DNA from: an uncultured archaeon
GTDB lineage: Archaea > Hadarchaeota > Hadarchaeia > Hadarchaeales > Hadarchaeaceae
Assembly (NCBI GenBank): GCA_937921735.1
Contig: CAKZTQ010000055.1
Span: forward strand, 1 to 16,811
Length of the DNA: 16,811 bases
Direction of reading: 5' to 3'
Below, piece after piece: positions 1 to 8,506 of this stretch; position 1 is the first letter of the stretch, and each line of letters starts with the position of its first letter. The notes beneath the pieces were generated by a model that searched no databases, was not told the DNA's origin, and saw nothing but the letters and a program-made list of their open reading frames with translations. A program made the translations under genes and the position numbers.

Positions 1-50
1 ATGTATGCCCCTATTTATTTTATACTGAGAGGCGATGTGATGCTTTGAAT

Positions 51-194
51 TTGAAAGTTTGGGATTTAACTAAATTAGCAGAATTTTCTAATACTTAAAG
101 AGTTAAGAAAGACGTCTGCAAAACAAAAATGTTCAACATTATGCTTGTCTGTATCGAAACTGAAATAGGCATTAACAGACCGTCCCCGCACTAA
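51..194 (+). pseudogene. Possible degraded N-terminal fragment of a cupin-like gene
   Basis: The frame from TTG51 reads MKVWDLTKLAEFSNT*RVKKDVCKTKMFNIMLVCIETEIGINRPSPH* with an internal TAA at 96-98. It resembles small archaeal cupin N-termini from memory only. A GAGGCGATG RBS-like tract lies upstream. Confidence 0.3.
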
Positions 195-322
195 TTGATG
201 CCATTGCGAAGGTGCCGTAGCTACCCATTTACGGCGACGATGAACGTTGACCCGGAGGAAAAGGGGCCCCATCCTCCACATGGGCGGCTACATAATAGGG
301 GAGAAAAGGCTGGGGCGGTCAC

Positions 323-718
323 TTAACCCTCCTGCAGCCTATTAATGAGGTCTAGGACTTTGGCTTTTATGACGTCGCGGATTTTTCTAGCTTCTTCTAA
401 TGGCATTCTGGCTGGGTCTGGCATGTTCCACTCTTCGACACGTCTTGTATAGACCAATGGGCAGAGGGAGCCGCTGCAGACAATTATGGCTATTTCGGCC
501 TTTTCCTGGAGCTCCCTCGTCATAATTTGGGGTTTTTTGTGGCTTATGTCTATGCCTTCTTCAAGCATGAGTCTAACAGCGTTTGGATGGATCCCTTCCG
601 CCGGTTTTATGCCTGCGCTTATGGCTTTCCAGCCGCTCGGCGCATATTTATTAAAGTAGGCTTCGGCAATCTGGCTTCTAAAATTGTTCTCAACACAGAT
701 GAATAGGGCGGTCTTCAA
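323..718 (-). CDS. arsC: Arsenate reductase, thioredoxin-coupled ArsC / LMW-PTP family (131 aa)
   Basis: P-loop LFICVENNFRSQIAEA (CX5R), SAG..PA, GIDIS, resolving cysteines in IVCSGSLCP, and W...DP. The true start is probably TTG at 718, 2 nt after the upstream stop. The 874 extension overlaps the upstream gene. Confidence 0.85.
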   Translation of the reverse strand: MKTALFICVENNFRSQIAEAYFNKYAPSGWKAISAGIKPAEGIHPNAVRLMLEEGIDISHKKPQIMTRELQEKAEIAIIVCSGSLCPLVYTRRVEEWNMPDPARMPLEEARKIRDVIKAKVLDLINRLQEG

Positions 719-720
719 TT

Positions 721-1959
721 TTAGCCTCTCCAGTCTAAGAGCCTTTTTTCGCCCTCGATTTTCTTTATGTCTGTTATATCTTGGGTTACCTCCATGGTGC
801 CCAAGTATTTGCCCCCCTTGTCTCTTACCGCGAAGTATCTTATGTGGATTAGGCGGTCGCCTTTTTGTATCCAAAATTCTGCCACGTCTTTTTCGCCTTT
901 CTTGAAGGCTTCTAGGATTCTGTTGACAATGTGGATGCTTTTCTGCGGGTGACAGAGCTGAACCTTTCTGCCCAAAATGGCCTTTGTCCTTACGAAGATA
1001 TGTTTGTCGGGTTTGCTAAAATATTTGACAGCATCATCCCTATCCACAAAGGTCACGTCTACTGGCAGCGTGTTCAAAATAGCCTCAATCTCCTCTTTCG
1101 TCAAGCTTCCGGTTTCAAACTGTAATATACGTTCAGGCATGATTTCCTCCTCAGCAGCTGTTTTCTCGAGCTCTTTGGCTGGCTTGGCCATCAAGTGTGC
1201 TGGGGTGAAGCAGCAATATCCAATCTCGTCAAAATCCTCCATCATACTGATCCACTCTTGCTCCGCGATCACGCGCTGGGCTGCTGGGAATAGGATGTTG
1301 TTCTCTTTGTAGATGTGGCTATTAAGCGCATCACCTATGGCTTTTGCAAGTTCGCCAACCTGCCTCTTAAAATCTGAAAAACTCATTTTCGCGGCATTCT
1401 CGATTAGGGCCTTAAGCTGCTTCTTTTTTTCCCTAAGTTGGTTGTGCTCCATCCACATTATTGCCGGCGGTTCGCTTATTCCATGCTTCTCCAAAACTGG
1501 GAATAGAGCGTTTTCCTCCCTCAAATAATGCTTTTCAGCATCTAAAAGCTCATCTACAACATGCTTTAGCTGTGAAAATTCTCCAGCCACCCCGTCTAAA
1601 CTTTCTGCCCTCTGCACTTTTTCAGCTAAAACGCCAAGCTTTTCGGCTATTTGCTGGAGCATCTCGTGTTCCTCTACTAGAATGCCAATGGGGCTGACTG
1701 GGGCTGCCTCAATCTTCTGCTTTTCCAACTGTTCCTTGAAAATTGCTAAGTGAACGTCGCATAGCCTTTGAAGCTCTTCTCTTGATACACCTTCACTTAC
1801 GAGTTCTTGTTCAATTTTGGCTATCTCAAGCGGGCTTACTCCCTCCAACACCTGCTTAAACTTTTCCTTCACCTCTTGTGGAGGCGCGCCGGCATGCAGT
1901 TGCCTAATAGCCTCCTTCAGAAGCCTCTTTCTATCCTCCTCAGAAACTCCACCCAACAA
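721..1959 (-). CDS. DUF438 + hemerythrin-like (HHE) + PAS domain protein
   Basis: N-terminal LHAG...EIAKIEQELV.EG...LCDVH (DUF438), hemerythrin motifs EEH, HYLREENALFP, MWMEH and HIYKENNILFP, and a C-terminal PAS (LPVDVTFVD...GRKVQLCHP...GTMEVTQDIT). GGGGATG RBS-like tract upstream. Confidence 0.88.
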   Translation of the reverse strand: MLGGVSEEDRKRLLKEAIRQLHAGAPPQEVKEKFKQVLEGVSPLEIAKIEQELVSEGVSREELQRLCDVHLAIFKEQLEKQKIEAAPVSPIGILVEEHEMLQQIAEKLGVLAEKVQRAESLDGVAGEFSQLKHVVDELLDAEKHYLREENALFPVLEKHGISEPPAIMWMEHNQLREKKKQLKALIENAAKMSFSDFKRQVGELAKAIGDALNSHIYKENNILFPAAQRVIAEQEWISMMEDFDEIGYCCFTPAHLMAKPAKELEKTAAEEEIMPERILQFETGSLTKEEIEAILNTLPVDVTFVDRDDAVKYFSKPDKHIFVRTKAILGRKVQLCHPQKSIHIVNRILEAFKKGEKDVAEFWIQKGDRLIHIRYFAVRDKGGKYLGTMEVTQDITDIKKIEGEKRLLDWRG

Positions 1960-2393
1960 ACATCCCCTTTACACTTTCATTCAAATTTTTTAAGTATTTC
2001 CTTCAATAAAAAGTTATTTTCAGCTCGTCTACGAAGTTTACGCTATCAACCAACATAAACCTCTCTTCGCTCAACTCTTCCATAAGCGTCTTTTCGATAG
2101 AAAACTTTAACGCCCTCGCTTTCGACATGTTTCATCATTGGCTTTTTGCTACACGTTTTGGATCAGCTCCAAACTAGCCGTAAGCCCGAAAGCCCATTCC
2201 AGAAATTGTATGGGGGCTTCTCCTCACATATCCTCTTTTTCCCATTTCTAACAAATTGTTCTTATTTTCGTTTATCAGCGACCAACACCCATGAAAGGCA
2301 TTTTCACCTGCACTGAAACTTTAAAGCCAGCGGTTAAGGCTAATGCTGAAAGCCTATTAAGCCTTGTAATCATATTTGTGCGGATGTTTGAAC

Positions 2394-2987
2394 ATGAAAA
2401 TCGCTGTCATAGTTATCTTCGCGGCGATAATCGCTGCTAGCGCATTTTACGTTTGGTATTTTCAGCTTAATGTCTCTGAACGAATTATAAGGGAAGACTT
2501 TGAGGACGGGTTTGGCGATTGGGTTATAGATGCGGATGTACCGCTTGACCCTAACAACCCTGGGCATTACGTTGATTGGAGCATAACACGCTCAACCGAC
2601 GTTGCCAGCTCAGGCCAGTACTCCTTAAAGCTTTACATTGATGGGCGTCAGGACGATGGAACAATATGGATAGAAAGAAAAATAGCTGTGCAAAAAGATT
2701 CTCAGATACAAGTTGGCATCTCCTTTGATTTCTACAGTGACCATGAAAGCCTCGCAAACACCATAGCCGTCGTATGCGCCTATGCTGGCATAAGAAAACC
2801 CAGAGCTGAGGAGCACTTCACCGTTATTGGAAATGCGAACGAAGTTGAGGGCTGGAAAAGATACAGTTACACGGCAAAAATAGACACTGGTACCAGTGAA
2901 GAAATATGGGTCGCTTTAGGTCTCTCAGTACGCTGGGAAACTCACATGACATACTACATCGACGATGTTGAAGTGAAAATCCTTTAG
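2394..2987 (+). CDS. Secreted or membrane-anchored hypothetical protein, probable beta-jelly-roll (CBM/MAM-like) fold
   Basis: ATG2394 gives the signal/TM segment MKIAVIVIFAAIIAASAFYVWY. EDFEDG near the N-terminus, GQYSLKL, GWKRYSY and terminal YYIDDVEV are typical of galactose-binding-like jelly rolls. Confidence 0.75.
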   Translation: MKIAVIVIFAAIIAASAFYVWYFQLNVSERIIREDFEDGFGDWVIDADVPLDPNNPGHYVDWSITRSTDVASSGQYSLKLYIDGRQDDGTIWIERKIAVQKDSQIQVGISFDFYSDHESLANTIAVVCAYAGIRKPRAEEHFTVIGNANEVEGWKRYSYTAKIDTGTSEEIWVALGLSVRWETHMTYYIDDVEVKIL

Positions 2988-3003
2988 CCTAAAACGGGGC
3001 CCC

Positions 3004-3064
3004 CACCGCTTTTATACACCCTAATTTTGGCGCGAAAAATGCCAACTCGGTGAATAAAAGCGTG
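3004..3064. other. Long imperfect intergenic stem-loop between convergent genes
   Basis: Nested pairings CGCTTTTAT(3007-3015)/ATAAAAGCG(3054-3062), CACC/GGTG and TTGGC/GCCAA. Confidence 0.5.
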
Positions 3065-3125
3065 ACATGCCGCTTTTTAAATGTCAACAACAATTTTATG
3101 GTGGCCACAGTATTTGTTTCATCAA

Positions 3126-3266
3126 ACGAGACGAGGAGTAGAGAGGAGCGATTACGGCATAAATGCAAGCCCGGCAGTAGTCATCGACAAGGACATACGC
3201 ATAATAAGGGTTTGCCTTAGCGAAGAAACCTTAAAAGAAGCCCTTGGAGGAGCAGGTGTGCTATGA
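3126..3266 (+). pseudogene. Possible C-terminal remnant of a thioredoxin/glutaredoxin-like gene
   Basis: DYGINASPAVVIDKDIRIIRVCLSEETLKEAL resembles the Trx-fold cis-Pro segment (YGIxAVPxVVIxG...P.xEELxxAL). No CxxC-containing N-terminus is visible. Confidence 0.35.
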
Positions 3267-5164
3267 TGGCGAATGTTGAAGGCCCGGAACTTAGGCCTGC
3301 GATAAACCAAGATCGATATAGTTAGTGTAACGATTACCGCCACAATCAAGAGCCTCAGAAGCCCAGGCGATCCCTCTGAAGGAGGTTCTTTCGTCAGCGG
3401 CCTCGGCTCGCCAACCGCCCGGAATTCTAGGCCCGAGAAAACCCCTGTACCGGTAATTATCGCGAACAGGTTATCCTCGTCAGACCCCCCTAAATCGGGG
3501 ATGAGAATATTTACAAAGACTATGCCGTCCTCCCCGGCTTCGAGGGTTAGCTTACTCGGGAAAACTTCGACCAACCAGTTTTTCATGCTTTTGACTTTTA
3601 CATTGAAAGTGTTTCGTTGGCTTCCGGTGTTCGTGATCGTAAGGATGTAGGTTAAGACATCTCCGGAAACTCCCGAGGCTTCCGTCCTGTCGAGCGTCAC
3701 CCCGACCGAATACTTGATATCCTCAAATATTTGAGAGATTACCTCCCCCTCCGCATCGGCAGGCGGCCTAAGCCCTACCAGTTCTGCGATGGTGGGGGCG
3801 ATGTCTATGATGCGGTGCGCCACAAAGGTTTCCTCGTAACTAGCGGGCCATAGCCCCCAACAATAGTTATTATACTTTGCTTCGACGATGGACGAATTTG
3901 CCGGGATCGCACCGATATCAAACTTAAGAAAGGCCCTCTCAGCACCGTCCCGATAGCGCCCCACGTACAAGTACGTCGTTGCTCCAAAATTAGAATTGGA
4001 TGCATCCCACCTCACATAGGAATCCTCAATTGGTACGAGTCGAATGGTGGAATTGGGGCCCTCGGATGGCAGGTATTGGACCTCGAGATGTGGGCGCAAC
4101 GTTATATTCCACCACTCCCTCGCCTCAAAGGCGGCCGCGTGGTCTGGCGGCAGGTTCTCATCCGAGTCCACCATGCCGATGCTTAAGACCTTATCCCCCG
4201 CAAATTCTTCGGCCACGAAGCTCGTTATATCCCAAGAATACCAACCCGGGGAGTCCACCAAGATATCATCGGCGATGATGTCGTCGAGTGCGGGCTGGTT
4301 GTTCCACGCTAAGCTATTTTCGCTCCAAGAGTCATCGCGAACCGCATGAATTCGAACCCTCGCATAGCTTCCTTCCATCGGCGGGATTTGCAAGGAGTCC
4401 ACCATTTGGTAACCTTGCTTCACCCCCGGTCCTTTGAAGATGGAGAAGATTCTCATATCCGTCGTAGTGCCGGCGCCGTGCGAGCGTCCGGTCATGCCGT
4501 GGTCGGTGGTAATCACCACCAATGTTCGTTCGTAAACACCGAGCTCCTTTAACATGTTCACGATCCTACCGATTTGAAAATCCGCGTCTTCGATCGCTTT
4601 TTTGTATTCCTCACTCCAATGGCCAAATTCGTGTCCCCTTTTATCCGGCATGGGGTTATAGACCGCTAAGAAGAAGGGCCTGTACTCCGTGAACCACTTT
4701 ATCGCTATGTCCGTGAAGTGTTTATCTGCCTCAGGGTGGGAGTAGTAGCCAGTGCAGTAGGTCGCTGAGTATCCACCCAAGATCGCATCGTTGCCCACGA
4801 TCGCGCTCGTCAGCCCAGCCTCGTTGAAGACCTCGACCAGCGTTTCCGCATGAATTTCGCCACGCCAATCGGTGACACCATGGACCTCCGGTGTAGCGCC
4901 AGTAAATATCGCTGGGACGGCGGCAATGGTCCCCGAGGGTCGCACCGTCCAGGCATTCCAAGTGTAGGATCCCTCCGCGGCCAATGCATCGATGTTCGGC
5001 GTATTCGCCTCTTGAAGCACGTCCGGTCTTACGCCATCGATTACGATGAGGACGACGTGGGCGACGCGTTCGGCCCCAACTGGCTGGGATGAGGAAAATC
5101 CAAGGCCCAAAAAGATGAGCGCAACCAAAATCGTCGCTGGGCATTGGGCATTCATTTTGTCCAC
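3152..5164 (-). CDS. Membrane-anchored alkaline phosphatase superfamily protein (NPP/phosphodiesterase-like) with an inserted DNRLRE/CBM96-like domain and an Ig-like domain
   Basis: Signal peptide (start GTG5164 or ATG5155). Catalytic motifs: IVIDGVRPD, PSGT nucleophile region, TGATPEVHGV, PDKRGH, TTDHG..H and terminal IDIAPT. Then an Ig-like TITNTG segment and a C-terminal TM helix followed by RRPK. Confidence 0.82.
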   Translation of the reverse strand: MDKMNAQCPATILVALIFLGLGFSSSQPVGAERVAHVVLIVIDGVRPDVLQEANTPNIDALAAEGSYTWNAWTVRPSGTIAAVPAIFTGATPEVHGVTDWRGEIHAETLVEVFNEAGLTSAIVGNDAILGGYSATYCTGYYSHPEADKHFTDIAIKWFTEYRPFFLAVYNPMPDKRGHEFGHWSEEYKKAIEDADFQIGRIVNMLKELGVYERTLVVITTDHGMTGRSHGAGTTTDMRIFSIFKGPGVKQGYQMVDSLQIPPMEGSYARVRIHAVRDDSWSENSLAWNNQPALDDIIADDILVDSPGWYSWDITSFVAEEFAGDKVLSIGMVDSDENLPPDHAAAFEAREWWNITLRPHLEVQYLPSEGPNSTIRLVPIEDSYVRWDASNSNFGATTYLYVGRYRDGAERAFLKFDIGAIPANSSIVEAKYNNYCWGLWPASYEETFVAHRIIDIAPTIAELVGLRPPADAEGEVISQIFEDIKYSVGVTLDRTEASGVSGDVLTYILTITNTGSQRNTFNVKVKSMKNWLVEVFPSKLTLEAGEDGIVFVNILIPDLGGSDEDNLFAIITGTGVFSGLEFRAVGEPRPLTKEPPSEGSPGLLRLLIVAVIVTLTISILVYRRPKFRAFNIRHHSTPAPPRASFKVSSLRQTLIMRMSLSMTTAGLAFMP

Positions 5165-5215
5165 GCTCTTTCAAAGCCGATGGGTATTCTCTTCTTGAGA
5201 ATAAAAAGAAGAGCA

Positions 5216-6277
5216 TTACCTCAGCCCAATCACCGTAACCTCACCAAAGCGCTTGAGCTCGACGACGTCGCCGGTTTCCGCCGATGCGAGCACAACCCTA
5301 ATGCCAGAGGGGCGACTCTTGCTGGAGAGCACCGCATGGACATCCTTGAGGAACCTCTCAAGCTCCTCTTCGCCGTGATATGGCACCACGACCATGTCGA
5401 GCCCAGCAACGCACACGGGCGCGAGGGAGAGAAGCGAGTAGGCGGTCAGCTTGCCCTGCGCCCCGAGCTCCAGCAGGCGAGAGTCCTCCGCGTACGGGAG
5501 CATGACCTCGTTGAAGCCCACCGCGCGAACTCCCTTTGAGGAAGCGACGGAGTTTATGGCCGCGTTCAGCTCGCGCACCGCGCAGTGGCTACCTGGTCCA
5601 CCGAACTCAACGCCGCTCAGCTCCTCCACGAGGCGCGCCACGCTCTCCTCCATCCAGGGCGAGAGCGATAGGTCGACGCCGTAGTTCTCGACGTTCAGCG
5701 AGTTGGACACGGTTCGCAGCAGCTCCTCGGCCCTCGCGTAGGATCTCCTCACCACCTCTTCCGCGCTGGTGCCGGATCTCAGGGCGCTTCGGACGTCGTC
5801 CGCGTAGAGTATCGAGGCGGCGATGCCGACTTCCTCCCCGCGCGCGGAGGCGGAGGGAAAGTACGGCGTCAAGATCTCGCCGAGGGTAAACGAGATCCTC
5901 GTGCAAGCGTCCGGACCCAGCTCCGAGAAGGCCTTTTCGAGCAGGGCAGCGAAGAGCATCAGCTCGTCCAATCCCCCGCGTATGGAGGTAAAAAGATCGT
6001 CGCCACCGTCCAACGCTTTCACGATCGTCTCGACATCCGTTCGATCTCTCGCCCTCGCCGGCACGGCCACCAGCATCGACTTTCCGAGGTCGTCAACCAT
6101 TTCCGCGATGGCCGGAAGTTCGCTGGCGGGAGCAGGGGCCAATGCCAAGCGCTTGGTCCAGACCTCCAACTTCATATCTCGAGCTACGCGATCGACCTCG
6201 TCCCGAAAGGCCGAGATCAGGTCGTCGTGCCCTTGCGGCTCACGGCCTAGGAACAGCGTCAAAGCCCTTATCCTCAC
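5216..6277 (-). CDS. DUF711 (UPF0210 / PFL-like) family protein
   Basis: Motifs PYFP, GVDLSLSPW.EESVA, VGFNEVMLPYAED and VCVAGLDMV. GTG6277 gives MRIRALTLF; TTG6295 is an alternative start. Confidence 0.82.
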   Translation of the reverse strand: MRIRALTLFLGREPQGHDDLISAFRDEVDRVARDMKLEVWTKRLALAPAPASELPAIAEMVDDLGKSMLVAVPARARDRTDVETIVKALDGGDDLFTSIRGGLDELMLFAALLEKAFSELGPDACTRISFTLGEILTPYFPSASARGEEVGIAASILYADDVRSALRSGTSAEEVVRRSYARAEELLRTVSNSLNVENYGVDLSLSPWMEESVARLVEELSGVEFGGPGSHCAVRELNAAINSVASSKGVRAVGFNEVMLPYAEDSRLLELGAQGKLTAYSLLSLAPVCVAGLDMVVVPYHGEEELERFLKDVHAVLSSKSRPSGIRVVLASAETGDVVELKRFGEVTVIGLR

Positions 6278-6382
6278 GGGAGCACCGATATCCAATACCG
6301 GTACTTAAACTAATTATTTTTGATGCATATCGCCCGAAACCGTGCGCAAGGATAAATATCCAGAGGCGAAAATTTAAAGCGC

Positions 6383-6455
6383 GGCCGAGGTGGTGTAGCG
6401 GTCAACATCGGGGACTGTGGATCCCCTGACCCGGGTTCGAATCCCGGCCTCGGCC
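6383..6455 (+). tRNA. tRNA-His(GUG), with G-1 genomically encoded and no encoded CCA
   Basis: Acceptor stem GCCGAGG/CCTCGGC, anticodon arm GGGGA-CT-GTG-GA-TCCCC (GTG at 6417-6419), T-loop GGTTCGAATCC and C73 discriminator. ATAAATA TATA-like box at 6352-6358. Confidence 0.96.
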
Positions 6456-6467
6456 CCTTGATTTGGG

Positions 6468-6575
6468 TTATCTCCTGCGGAGGGCCACTATTGTGCCCGA
6501 GAGGGCGGCCAAGATCACCGCCGCCACTAAGCCCAAGGTGGCCAAGAGGTCGGTGGGGATGCCCGCTGCGGCAGG
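6468..6575 (-). pseudogene. Orphan 3' fragment of a surface-protein gene (C-terminal TM anchor plus RRR)
   Basis: The minus frame reads PAAAGIPTDLLATLGLVAAVILAALSGTIVALRRR*. An in-frame stop at 6597-6599 closes the frame upstream and no plausible start precedes the anchor. Confidence 0.6.
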
Positions 6576-6708
6576 TATAAAAAGGGAGGCTCCAGATTAT
6601 TTATTGGCGATAGGGCGGCGCATTTGCAAACGGTCCTCCTCGGCCTCCGTTCGTTGTTTTAACCGAACAAGGCTTTTCGCGCCGCCCCGCTAAATGGGGC
6701 ATTTTTGG

Positions 6709-6722
6709 GAAAAGCTTAAGTA
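6709..6722 (+). promoter_or_regulatory. rRNA operon promoter (BRE + TATA box)
   Basis: GAAAAG-C-TTAAGTA about 210 nt upstream of 16S. A second TTATAA lies at 6733-6738. Confidence 0.6.
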
Positions 6723-6774
6723 GTAGCTCCGATTATAAGCTAAATTGGTCCACACCGCGGTGTAGGAACGGCGT

Positions 6775-6814
6775 CGATCATGAGCATGGGGCAAAGCCCC
6801 GCGATGAGGGATCG
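6775..6814 (+). other. Kink-turn hairpin in the pre-rRNA 5' leader
   Basis: CGATC/GATCG stem, tandem sheared G.A pairs (GA6782-83 with GA6806-07), a 3-nt GAT bulge and a GC-rich C-stem capped by GGGGC-AAA-GCCCC. Confidence 0.55.
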
Positions 6815-6868
6815 TTAGCTCTTGGTGTGGATAAAATCATGTGGATCCGAACAAGCCGGGCGACCGGA

Positions 6869-6899
6869 GGGCTCGGGTCCGAGATAGGTTCGGCACCCC
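6869..6899 (+). other. 5' arm of the 16S processing stem with a bulge-helix-bulge motif (pairs with 8416-8447)
   Basis: GGTTCGGCACCCC(6887-6899)/GGGGTGCCGAACC(8416-8428), bulge ATA, 4-bp CGAG/CTCG, bulge GAG, then CGGGTC/GGCCCG. Confidence 0.8.
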
Positions 6900-6925
6900 G
6901 CTAATTTCTCGACTTGCGGCCACCA

Positions 6926-8401
<1,476 letters not shown>

Positions 8402-8434
8402 ACGATGCTATATTTGGGGTGCCGAACCCTCGGA

Positions 8435-8506
8435 GGGCCCGTAGCTCAGTGGTAGAGCGTCGGCTTTGCAAGCCGAAGGCCCCGGGTTCGAGTCCCGGCG
8501 GGTCCA
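8435..8506 (+). tRNA. tRNA-Ala(UGC) in the 16S-23S spacer
   Basis: Acceptor GGGCCCG/CGGGTCC with G3.U70, anticodon arm TCGGC-TT-TGC-AA-GCCGA, GGTTCGAGTCC T-arm and A73. CCA is not encoded. Confidence 0.97.

Noticed and set aside
214-278. Small hairpins GCCGTA/TACGGC and GGAGGA/TCCTCC downstream of arsC
   Set aside because: Short stems with no recognisable RNA family. At most terminator-like.
719-874. N-terminal extension of the 183-aa ArsC ORF
   Set aside because: It overlaps the DUF438 gene, and ArsC homology starts at TTG718.
2004-2129. 41-aa minus-strand ORF MSKARALKFSIEK...
   Set aside because: Short, with no recognisable motif. It cannot be distinguished from chance.
6430-6460. tRNA-His as an integration (att) site
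   Set aside because: No convincing duplicate of the tRNA 3' end and no integrase in the window.
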